A DNA stretch of 64,000 nt from Paragordius varius (taxonomy: Eukaryota > Animalia > Nematomorpha). Shown here in pieces: positions 52,691-64,000 of this stretch (position 1 is its first letter; the number at the start of each line of letters is the position of its first letter). The translations under genes were made by a program, and so were the position numbers. The stretch covers positions 6,944,001 through 7,008,000 of the forward strand of contig OZ176056.1 of the NCBI GenBank assembly GCA_964247055.1. Direction: 5' to 3'. Below the pieces are notes generated by a model. That model had not been told where the DNA came from, did no database searches, and saw only the letters and a list, made by a program, of their open reading frames with translations.

Positions 52691-54673
52691 GTTGCTAATC
52701 CTTTTCTTCTTACAGCACGGTTGGAAGTGATTCCAGCCTTGGCACTTAAAACATTGTTTGCCCCAAGCTGGGCATCTGCCCGGTGCATGACCTAACCCGC
52801 AGAATCGACACATGTTTTGGTATTTCCGAACTGTAGTCTGCAAAATCTGGCCATCTATTGTTATTAGTTGATGTGCTTTTTCATAGTTGGTCTACCACTT
52901 GTTTGAGCGTTACAGCTTCGTTTCCCCACATTGCATCGGGGAATCTAGCGAATAGATCTAGTTCTATTTTTTCCACTCCCAGGCCTGCAATGAACACGTC
53001 GCGCATTTTTTCATCGATGTCAAGCTTGAAGTTGCATTTTGCGGCTTCGGTTTTGACTCGTAACAGAGATTCCGTAAATGTTTTATTTTCTTTCCGACGG
53101 AGTTTTACGAAATTGAATCTGGCCTGGAATATGTTTGTCCTATTCGATTCGTAGATTTTCCTGCCGGCTTCAATGATGTCCGGCCAGGAGGTATTATCAA
53201 GTGAATTTGGGAAAAGGAATTGTTCGAATTTCTTTGTGACCAACATTCCTGCGTAAGCGAGGAATAACGTCTTGCAATTGTTATCGTTTGCCGTCATTTG
53301 CAGCTAACATTCGCTGAATGTACGAAACGTATCGGTCAAAATTTTCCTTTTCATCAAAACTTTCCAGAGAAATTTTTGCCAGGTTCATTATCGCGCCAAT
53401 GATGGAAGTATAACACAGAATAATAGAAGTAAAGATATATTAAACAGAAATTTATTAAAATATTAGAAATCAAAACATGTGTGTGTTATATTATAATACA
53501 GCAATTATATACTAGTTATTTTGCTTGAAGCTACAATTAACATTAACTAGGTGTATCACAAAGAGTTATAATTGTTTACAAATATATAGGCGCGTCTGTG
53601 TCTGCGACAGTAGAATCTAACTTAACGATTGGTGAAACTGAAATATGTTGGTATACTATATCCAGATAACTTCGATTTAAAAGATGGCATTAACCATTTT
53701 TCCGCTCGACCTGTTAAGGGTGCATCGTGCTTTTTATAGTCAATGTTGATGCGATTTAAAACGCTCAGTTGAGTAGATAATCCAAGACCTGCATTAAATG
53801 GGACCTTTTTCAAGATATTATTAAGTTCTTTGCAGCCGGCAGGTAGTAGTCCTTTTATTGTATTGGGACAAGTTGAAAAAAATTGAACCAACCCAAGACC
53901 CAGTTGTAAACCCGCAGGTGAGAAAACGTAAACCATATAGGTGTTATTTAAAACACTATTCAATGATACTTGGTTAAAATGGCCTTTATATTTAATTATA
54001 AAATTTTATATTGGAGTAGGTATTATTCTAATTTAATGTGTAAATATATTACAATACGGATCGATATAAATTTTATTATTACTTGCTCTTGCAATAAATA
54101 GAATTTAGGTTTTTTCTTTGAAGCATCCATCCCGTGTAAAAGATATAAAATGTGTGAAAAAAATTTAAAAATATTAAGAGTTTCATGGCTTTTTGAAAAA
54201 TAAAAAGAAGTATATGCGATTATTTTGGCAACTTATGTAATATCCAATTATATGATGTTATTTGGTTTTTGACGTGTTTGTATACATAGCTAAGGGTTTG
54301 GCCAATATTTAATTAGCATTTTTTATAACTTTATACGTTAATTAATCATTGACGCATTTAACACAGCCTACTAAAAAGCCAAAGTACCATGTTAAAGTAA
54401 GTAAAACTTATGTTCTTATGCTTACGTCCTTATGTACGTCCTTTTTTACTTATGCTTACACTTTTGAGTAAATATCACATACCATTTACACTTCAAATTC
54501 CCTTTAACAATAAGGGGTTAAGTAAACTTTGTGTCAAAAATTTGAAGCAACTTCACTCATATATATTATTTGTAAAATATCTTTGACTTTATTTCCTCCA
54601 ATTTACAGAATTAAATTCACAATATTTTTAAAGTTATACCAAATTGCACACACTTATGATCAATGATTTATAC

Positions 54674-55560
54674 CAGTGGTAATCAAACCGCAGCTCGCGG
54701 GCCGCATGCAGCCCTAAAAGTCCTTCAAAATCGTCCCATGACCATATTTATACTTTAATTATTTTTTTTGTTGATGAATTTTTATAATACACATAAACGA
54801 TTTCGCTTATTTTAATATTAATTTTTTAGATTTAATTTTAATAATTTTTTTACCCAATTTGAAATATAAAAAAAATTTCCTTACATTAAAATGATTTCAA
54901 AATTTTGGCGCACGTTGTTTTACTCTATTTTCTTTTTTATTATGAATTTCAGCATTCCCTTTTTTGTATTTAAGGAAGCTTTGCACCCAATGCATATACA
55001 TATTCTTTTCAATGCTATCCTGCATCATTCTTTATAACTCATTCCCATAAAATATTTTTCAATTAACATCATTAAATTTCGACCTGTTTTTTATAACATA
55101 ATTCAAATTATATTCCTATTTTTTTGAAAAAAAATGCACAATATCTAAACTTAAATTCAAAGGATTACACATAATGCTAAAAAACATAAATCATCCGATG
55201 AAAATCGCATTAAAAAAGAATGAAAAAAAATTATTTGTCGTTTAAAATAAAATTGATTACCTGCCTTATATGTAAGGACAACATAATTATAATATAAAAT
55301 AATATTGAAAGACATTTTACAATCCACATACTCATAGATTACCAGAAAATCACGAGGAAAGAAACGAAAAATAAAAAAAAAGATTAAGGAATTATACCAG
55401 AAAAATATCCAATATGTGCATAGCTATCTCCCAAATAAAAATTGTCTAATAAATGGTTGCACTTTTAATTTAATAAAGAACAAATCATGGGGCAAATTAA
55501 AAAACTTAGATTATCTTACATTTAACCCAATATCCAAAATAAGATTACACTTCTTTGCAT
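54674..55560 (+). mobile_element. 5' fragment of the 2516-5493 hAT family
   Basis: Starts CAGTGGTAATCAAACCGC...GGGCCGCATG and is the reverse complement of ~4740-5493. Confidence 0.75.
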
Positions 55561-55569
55561 GTTAGGTCT

Positions 55570-56508
55570 TTATTAATTGTGTCAATAAGAAAGTTGGTAT
55601 AAAATATCCCTTTTAAGGGTTTTAAATATTTAATAATGCAATGATTGAAAAGATAATAAAAATCTAAATATGGGTTATATTCAGTTATAAAATGAATCTC
55701 AATGCAATGGTAAAGCTGTGCTGGTGTGTATTCCGGTGTTCAACAAAATATTGGAGTAAAAGAGCAATATTTGTCAACTTTGGCAATCATTCTTTGAACT
55801 TAGTATGATTCAAGGTAGCAAAACAAGATGGTTTGGTGACCAGTTTTTAAATAATTTAGAATATTTATCTTTTTTTGTCGCGTTCAACTATTAGATGGGA
55901 TTTATTAATTAATAAACTAGAAAATATTTTAAGCGTGAATTAACCCGATAGAGCGCTGAATTATGTTAATGCCATTGTTGAGGAAATAGATGATATTATA
56001 GAGCATTAGAAGATTTTAGTAATACTTCAATAGAAGTGCGGCATCTGTTTTACTTCGGAGTGTTTTAAATTTTAATTTTTCAACATTAATTTTTTTCTGC
56101 CTCTAATATTTAGAGGAATCGATAGGGTTCAACATATATTGCAAGATCCCAAAATTAATATAAATAAACCAATTGAAAACCTTAAAACCTTAACTATATA
56201 ATTATCAAATATTCGGAATCAACTTTGCGAGGAAGCCATAGAAACGATAATAGTTATAACTTGGATGTTTTTATACCAATCCGTGCTAGAATGACAAAAA
56301 ATTCTCAGAATACTTACATGAATGTTGTTGTTATTTTTCCTTATTTAAAATTTATAAAAAAACATGACTAGGCGCCTGCCATGTTTTAAGGATTATTTAC
56401 ATGAATGTTCTTATCATTATTGCATAATACAAATAAATGATAAGCGCTCTTAATGAGGTCGGCATGATGCTCTCCCTTGCCCACCCCTTCTCACCTCCAC
56501 GCTTTTTG
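55570..56508 (+). mobile_element. Decayed ZMYM1-like hAT remnant
   Basis: Frameshifted AGVYSGVQQ and AIFVN.GNHSLNL motifs, and a C-rich end resembling the 6052 family. Confidence 0.5.
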
Positions 56509-58804
56509 TTGTGGTACTCACCAATTTTTTTTCGAGGGCCATGAACCTTATAATGGCAAATATTCCATAGCTATTTGACACATATACACATATTTATATT
56601 CTAAATCAGGATAATGAATCTTTTGCGGATCGTATATAAATTCAACTAAAAACTCGTATTGCACCATTTAGTTTAAAAAATTAAAATATTTTGACCAACA
56701 TTTATTCTGATATTAACCAATAATTTTTGACAAATTTGGTTTCGCCTCATGGCAGGCCATTCTTAATACGTCGTCCATATGATCATTAGTTAAGCGATTT
56801 CTGTAAGTATTCTTAATATACTTCATTTTTGAATATGCCGTCTCACATGTGTAAGGTGATGGAAAAATAGTTAAGATAACTTGAGTACATTTTTTTATAT
56901 TTTCATATTTATTTGGCACATCTTGCCATGCTCCATATATCTTTCTTCTTTACGATTCTCCTTAAATATAGCCTCCATATTGGAATCAATTTTAAAATCT
57001 ACGTATTCTTCATTGGCATGCGCCTGATAACGGACTAACGCGGTAAATTCCATATTTTCTTCATGAATCGTTTTAAGTATTGGAAAATATCGGAGTGTTA
57101 AAATCTTGTTATATTATTAATTTTTCTTCAATAGCGAATATTTGATTAGCAAATTGGGTTATTATTTTCCTCCCTTGAAGACTTGTAAAAATACTAAGTT
57201 TATAAGTAATGTCGCAAAGGTAGGCTAATAAAACCCACTATTTGTCACTATTAATTTTCTCGTCAAACTTTCTGTTATCTTTTATAAATAATATTTCATG
57301 TCTATAAACAAATAATCTATTTACTTTGCTAATGAGCCATCTCACAGGGGTGTACAAATGAATATCATCAAACTCACTGTGGATATCTTTCAGAAGGTTT
57401 TTGGATTTACGGCGGTTAATTTTTCTGCCACAATGTGGTTAACTATATACACAACCGTTTTAATTACTGAATTCTTCTTTTACACGCGAAACCAAGTTTT
57501 GCTGATGAATACAGTGAAAGGACAAAATATTTTGCATATTATATTTATTTTCCAAAAATAACCTTTTTTTATTCTAATCACAGATGGACAGCCATCTGTG
57601 ACAGATCGAAACCAATTTTTTAGATATACCATTATTATCGAAAAAAGTGCCTTTGAGAAAACCATTTCCTTTCGTGGTATTATTCATTGGTAAAAATTTT
57701 CAATATTTTTCGTTGATTATGTTGTCGTTGAAAAATCTCACTAAGAGCGCACATTGAGTTGTTGAACTATTTGTGCTAGAATCAATAGCTATACTAAAAT
57801 ATTTAGTTTTTCAGAGCCAATAATGTATTGTTAAAAATATATTTAGACATATCATCAATGCGTCGAGTGAATCAGAAAGTTGAAGTTTAATTTGCCTGTT
57901 GATTTGATCTTTATTATGGAATTTATCAAATAAAAAAGTGCAAGCATTTATTTGACATTTTTAATTAGTTGGGAATCAGTAAACGGTATATTTTTTCCCA
58001 AAATATAGCATATTTCATACGAAACTAATGTTACAGTTTATTCTTGGGTATGGATATAATGGATTTTTTTGGTATACTTTCTTAATCTTTTTATATTTTT
58101 CGTTTCTTTCCTCATGATTTTCTGGTAATTTATGAGAATGATGGATTATAAAATGTCTTTGAATATTGTATTTTTTTATAATTATGTTGTTCTTACATAT
58201 AAGGCAGGTAACAATATTTTTATTAAAACGACCATGAACTTTCCATTTTTAAAAGAGTGTCTTTCATCGGATAATTTACGTTTTTTAGCAATAGATGTCA
58301 TTATTTGAATTTATGTTTAAATATTATGTTTTTCAAAAAAAGGAATATAATTTGAATTATGCTATAAAAAAACAGGTCGATATTTAATGATGTTGATTCG
58401 AAAAATATTTTATGGAAATGACTTAAAAATGATGCAGGATAGCAATGAAAAGAATGTGCATATGCAAGTTTGGGCGAAAGGCTTGCTAAAAAACAAAAAA
58501 GGCAATAAAAGTTTTAAAATAGAAAAAAAAATAGAATACAGAAACAGAAACATGTGTGCCAAAATTATGAAATTATTTTAATGTAGGGAAATTCTTCTAC
58601 ATTTCGAATTGGGTAAAAAATAAAAATTACCAAAATTTAATCTAAAGAAAATAAATTGATATTATAATAAGCGAAAATTCGTTTATGTGTATTTTCAAAA
58701 TTCATCAATAAAAAAATAATTTAAGTATCAACAGGGTCAAAGGGCAATTTTAAAGCACTCTTAGAGTCGCATGCGGCCCGCGGACCTCGGTTTGAGTACC
58801 ACTG
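56509..58804 (-). mobile_element. Third near-full copy of the 2516-5493 hAT family, decayed
   Basis: Colinear with 9488-11698; ends ..GTGGTACTCA and TGAGTACCACTG; ORF 56713-56919 (PYTCETAYSKMKYIK). No TSD found. Confidence 0.85.
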
Positions 58805-59204
58805 TTATAAAGTCACTTAAAATATTATAAAAATACTTTTTCTATTTTTTTTTCAGAATTTTAATATAAAGATTCGTTTTTTACCAATTAATTTTAATAA
58901 ATTTTGGTTTATTAAGAATATGTAATTATTGTGTGTAGAAAAGGTGTTATATTTTATGTGTTTATATACGCTTTCTACCCTCAAACTACGATCGAGTTAT
59001 TTTAAGAATGCAAAACACCTACCGATTTGGCTATTCAAATTTTATTTAAAAATTAATATGAACAAAACAAGAAATATATTTAGCATAAAGCATGCTTTTG
59101 TAGATATATCAATCCACATTTTTCTTATCTCAAGCGAATTCAGAAATATTTATTCCGGGCATAAAATCAACATAAGTTTTTTTTAATTGGGTTTATTATT
59201 TGAT

Positions 59205-61868
59205 TTAATTCGAGAATTTCATTTTCAAAGGCGAGTCGTTGTGGGGGGTTGTTGTTGTATCATAAGCGGGTGGATTAGCAAATCGCCCTTTTATCAAAAT
59301 CGATTTTAAGTCTTCGACCACAAAGAAAAGATACGGTGTATCGATGGCTAGATTTACTTTTCCCGGGCGAGCTATTAAATCCGGTGAATAATTATATTCA
59401 TCACCAGATCCCAATGGTGTTACGGAAAACCTAACTGTGTGATCAATGTGCGAAATTTTGCCTATTTCTTGTGGTTTCCCTTCTTCTTTGGCAAACAGCA
59501 AATCTAATTTACTAAATATCAAATAATATTATAAATATTTAATGAGAACAACAGTTTAAACCGTTTATGATTATTATAATTGAATAAAACTAATTATAAA
59601 ATTTTGGGTTTTGATGTCAACAAATTTTGGTAAAAAAGGATACAACTTTTAAAATGTTTAGATTCAGGATTTAGGTATTATAAAGTAGCAATATTTTCAT
59701 TACCCGAAATAAATTTTAATCCGTGCATACTATGTTAATGTTTTATCCAAAAAAAACAAAATTTAACTGTTAAAAATGCTTTTGATTTTTAATCAAAATT
59801 ACTTCCCATTTCATCATAAAGCTTTGTTGACCCTAAATATTTCCTAGTTACTCCATCCACCTGTAGTTTAATGAATTGTTTAAAAATAATTATAATTTTT
59901 CATCCTAAATTTTAGTGTTACTGTGTAATCATAAATAGAATATCATATAAACTTGTGTTTAATTTCGAAATAAAATGGGCATAAATGCAAGTTCTAAATT
60001 ATACAGTTTAAAATTTCCCCCTTATATTTAAAGATTAGGGACTTTGAATCAACTAATTAATATTGGAGCCTGCCAGAGCTTGCAGTGATGAGTGAAAAGG
60101 AATCGTTTTTGTACTCCGGCATAGCACACAAAGTGTTTGACTGCTAAGCCTGTATCATTGCCACCATGCCTTCCATTTTTTTAAAACAGTTTAAATATAA
60201 AAATTAATATTTAAAACCGTTATATTTTTAAAAAATTTATCTAAAACTTAAAGGGACATAAATGAGACACCACATACAAATAAACCTATTTTACGTTAAT
60301 TATAAGATATTATTTCGGGGCTTAGCTAATATACAAATACGTTTTATTAATATTTTATGAAAGAATGTGGCCATACTCAAAATCTGATTTTTCAAGACAA
60401 GTTATTTGCATCTATTCACTTAATAAAATGTATGTGATTTTAAAGCTGTATAATTTCTTTAATAACCAATTAATAAATATATACTTTTTATGGCACGTGA
60501 GTTCCTTGGAAAAAAGATCCATCATATTAAAATTTGTTTGAAGGTCCATAAAAGGCACACGTACACTTCCTGTATACTGTTTAAATTTGCGTTTTTTTAT
60601 TTGGTGAATAACATTAGGATATGCCTTAAGTGTTGTTTCAAGACGATTAGTGTCATAATCATTCGGTATTAAATAGATCATTTTATATTTTTTTCGATAT
60701 GGGATTATGACGACTTTGGATTTGAGTTCTCTATAATCACCTAATTGATATTTTATTCCCTTCCCAGATAACATTGCAACTGGAACAGGAATCTTTCCAT
60801 TGAAAAAAAAGGTTAGCAGCACTCTACATTGATTTTATAAATATGTATTTTGAGGCAGCATATAAGGAAAATATTCAATTAAAATTTAATTACACCCTAT
60901 ATAACTAAATTTAGTTTTAACGTTCTGTAATTTTTTTTCTTTTTTATGTCTTATAAATGAAATAAAATCTGAGGTATTTATTAGATATATAAGTATTAAA
61001 AAATAAACGCTGTCTGATATATGACGTCAGAATTACAAAGATATAAAAATAAATGGAAAGCTATTTGTAGAAAAGCGTCACGCGATAGATAATTGTTGTG
61101 TTTTTTTAATTCAATTAAATTACCGAAAATATGCTACCCAAATCACCTGTTAAAATTATTTAACCAAGAGCTCATGAAAAACAGACCACCTCCAACCGTA
61201 TATATACTGCTAGTGTTAATGATTCCTTTAGCCGGTTCAGAAAAGCGTTTAAAATGTCCTCCAAACTCTCGAGTATAGTATTCATTTAGTAAATCGATCA
61301 AACTGAAATATGTTGGTGTTCTATATCCAGATAAATACGATCTAAAAGATGGCAATAACCATTTTTCCGCGCGACCTGTTAAGGGTGCATCGTGCTTTTT
61401 AGGGTCAATGTTGATGCGATTTAAAACGCTCAGTTGAGTAGGTAATCCAAGACCTGCATTATATGGGACCTTTTTCAAGATATTATTAAGTTCTTTGCAG
61501 CCGGATGCAGGTAGTAGTCCTTTTATTGTATTGGGACAAGTTGAAAGAAATTGAACCAACCCAAGACCCAGTTGTAAACCCGCAGGTGAGAAAACGTAAT
61601 CCACATCGGTGTTATTTAAAACACTATTTAATGATACTTGATTGGTTAGAATAGCCTTTATATTTATTTATAAAAAAATTTTATTGCAAAATATTTAGAT
61701 TCGTATTATTTTAATTTAATGAAAATATATCACAATACGAATTCATATATAGAAAATTATACTTACTTGCTCTCGCAATAAATCGTATTTTCGTTTTTTC
61801 TTTGAATCATCCATCCCATGTGAAAGATATAAAATGTGAAAAAATGTTAGAATTATTAAAAGTTTCAT
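59205..61868 (-). CDS. Serpin-fold secreted protein, type B (418 aa, 4 exons), predicted non-inhibitory
   Basis: Exons 61868-61767 (MKLLIILTFFHILYLSHG signal, GTAAGT donor), 61655-61147, 60823-60485 and 59511-59205 give one open frame. Motifs YVFSPAG, LFFMSSW, VPVAML, VVIIPY..MIYLIP, VRVPFM and HTVRFSVTPLG...TPYLFFV...ILIKGRFANP. Confidence 0.88.
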
Positions 61869-62351
61869 GGTAATTTTGTAAATAAAAAGAGTGAATACGC
61901 TTAATTTTTTGGCATCTTATATAATATCCAGTTATATGGTGTTATTCCGTTTGACGTGTTTACATAGCTACGGCCGCCAATATTTGATTAACATTTTTTA
62001 TAACTTTATAGGTTAATATTTGACCCATTTGAAACAGCCTAATAACTGATAAATTAAAAAAAGACATTGGCTTTATTTTGTTTTTTGTAAACAAACAAAT
62101 ATGGTTCAACTATTACTCGTCTAAACCGCATTTTGTATGAGTCATCAAACCGTTTTTTAATTAAATTTAATGGGCCTGCTAATATCCTATTTATACCGTT
62201 TGTGTATTTTAGTATATATATTTGATCGGTTCCACAAAATAATATAATATTTTTGTAATTTAATGTATAAAATAATCTATGGCAATTATTGCCTTGTAAC
62301 ATATGTACTCAAAATATAATAAGATTTCCATACAATTATTGAACATTATAC

Positions 62352-62860
62352 TTATACTAGGTACAGTCATAAATTATTCGTTATAGCTAAGCGAAGGCTT
62401 GAGTGAAAATTACGTAGCCGATTTATTTAACGACGCCATTTTGCTTTAAACTGAACACACGCAAGTTGAGTCTCAAAAACTAGCGTCTTATTTTCATCAA
62501 TCATATAACATTTATACATTATTAAGCAACGTATTCACTATTTTAATTATAGATAATTTTTTTTCATCCTTAGTAGATACTTATTTTTTATTCAATCTAC
62601 CCAATGGGTATTTTCGTTATACAATTACCTAACCCTATATTTATACTAGGTATAGTCATAAGTTATAACCGTTAGAGCTAAGAGAAAACTTGAGCGAAAG
62701 TACGCAGCTGGTTAATTTGACAAAGACGCCATTTAGCTCATCTATTAGGTGACCAAAACACGCTGGTTGAGTCCTAAAAACTAGTCTCTTATTTTATTCA
62801 AGTATATGAATTTTAATTATTTAATTTTAAGCAACATATTCACTATTTTAATCATAAATA
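62352..62860. repeat. Diverged tandem duplication (~290-bp unit) upstream of serpin B
   Basis: tatactaggta(c/t)agtcataa...gacgccattt...ttgagtc..aaaaactag occurs at ~62352 and ~62643. Confidence 0.75.
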
Positions 62861-64000
62861 ATTTTTTACTACAAAATTAAAAACAGCCGACTTCTAATAT
62901 TTTTGGAATATGTGGCCAAAACTTTTGATAAATCTGAAAATTATATAAATTCAATTACATTGCATAGACAGCCCTTTAAATACCCCTTTACAATAAGCTT
63001 TTTTATGTATGGAAAACTAGGCTTCTTTAGTCAAAGTTTCTTATAATGATTAAAGTTTAACACCAATCTCAAAAACTTTTTAGCTCTCTCAAAACCTAAA
63101 CTCGCCATAAATATTAAACATATAGTTAGTTTTTAGCGCTTATAATATTTATTATGCGGCACATACAAAATATGATGATAAAATAGAATTAGAAAGCCCA
63201 TATAACGTTTTTTGGAGTAATGTGTATTTGAAGTGAATAACCTTGTAAAAATAGCTTATAAATTTTTTACTCTGCACAATACCATTAACAAAATTGAAAC
63301 GTACGATAAAGCTTTTTCAATTTAAATCACCATAAAACCAACTTTCATTTATGATTTTAAAACTACAAAAATCAATGAACCTTACTACTAGAATAAATAT
63401 TATTAGGGTTAATTATAATTTTGGATTTTGTTTGTTGTTTATTATATTTATATTATAACTAAGCCTTTTTAATATTAAAAAATGCTTAACATACAATGAT
63501 CAGCTGCTCTTGCGTTTTGGTATTTCGCATGTATTGCCTTTTAAATGGCCTTGGGTTCCCAATTTTCGGGTTTTATGGCCCATCCTATATTATAAAATTT
63601 GAGTCACCCAAAACGTGAAACCGTAACATTAAAATTTAACTCTCTATATATAAACAAATAAAAATATGTATAATTTAATAAAATAGGTAATTACTGGCAT
63701 ATACTTTTATGTTTTAGACTGCGAAAATGAGGGTTTAATATTGAATCTTATAGCCAAATTAATATAACTATGCCACATAACAATGGCCCAAAAAATTTAA
63801 ATATAAAAGGTTTTGAAATAAAGCCCTTTACTTATCTGAAGTTTTAACTGAAAAAAATCATCTTTATGTATAATTTTTCGCGAAGAAACATATGGCTCCT
63901 CTATAATTATTATTGAGTGGAGTGACCTATATGGATATAGTTATTGTTATTGGCCGAACATATTTTAAAATAGTGTCTATCTCAAAGAAAACAATGATAT

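Larger units (their letters stand above)
44879..53627 (-). mobile_element. Ty3/Gypsy (Mag-like) LTR retrotransposon, outer element (~4.24 kb net)
   Basis: LTRs 44879-45107 and 53400-53627; 5-bp TSD ATTGG (44874-44878, 53628-53632); PPT beside 45108; PBS-like TGGCGCG at 53398. Gag (ATG 53388) has CX2CX3HX4C and CX2CX4HX4C knuckles, followed by PR (IIDTG), RT (YLDD), RNase H (ETDAS) and integrase (HHCC, LDIAGP). Frameshifts and stops are present. Confidence 0.95.
36480..54186 (-). pseudogene. Serpin type B pseudogene (duplicate of 59205-61868)
   Basis: Exon remnants at ~54186-54085, ~53980-53628 plus 44878-44742 (split by the LTR element), ~44337-44006 and ~36715-36480. Multiple frameshifting indels, an in-frame TAA in the third exon (~44198), a lost acceptor, and a last intron expanded to ~7.3 kb. 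Confidence 0.9.

Noticed and set aside
44011-60672. ORFs 44011-44193, 60490-60672, 45180-45518, 47713-48018, 52858-53154, 20556-20822 and 29720-29905
   Set aside because: They are antisense shadows of serpin or gag-pol coding sequence.
62054-62302. 82-aa ORF just upstream of serpin B
   Set aside because: No recognisable motif and not supported by the pseudogene's upstream copy, so I cannot call it a gene.
62425-62510. Minus-strand IDENKTLV...FKAKW resembling a serpin s3A motif
   Set aside because: A stop follows immediately and the tandem duplicate does not preserve the motif, so it is probably chance.
1-64000. rRNA, tRNA genes and remaining short AT-rich ORFs
   Set aside because: No recognisable structural RNA. 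The remaining ORFs of about 60-120 aa are compositionally biased (I/K/F/N/Y-rich) or are transposase fragments.

Overview
This is very AT-rich eukaryotic (probably invertebrate) genomic DNA with spliceosomal introns. The host content is a convergent cluster of highly divergent, secreted serpin-fold genes. On the + strand are two intact 3-exon paralogs (type A, about 361 and 367 aa). On the - strand are one intact 4-exon gene (type B, 418 aa) and its decayed tandem duplicate. All have hinge sequences that do not fit the inhibitory consensus. A possible small secreted Ig-like exon lies near 1.6-1.9 kb. Almost everything else is decayed, nested transposon sequence whose ends and target-site duplications (TSDs) can be read directly. 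That includes hAT elements (Buster/Charlie-like, ZMYM1-like, Blackjack-like), Tc1-type and Harbinger-type MITEs, CACT-ended elements with TWA TSDs, foldback elements and a Helitron. It also includes two Mag-like Ty3/Gypsy retrotransposons nested head-to-head inside an exon of the dead serpin copy. I found no rRNA, tRNA or CRISPR array. Family assignments come from motif recognition by eye, and no database search was run.
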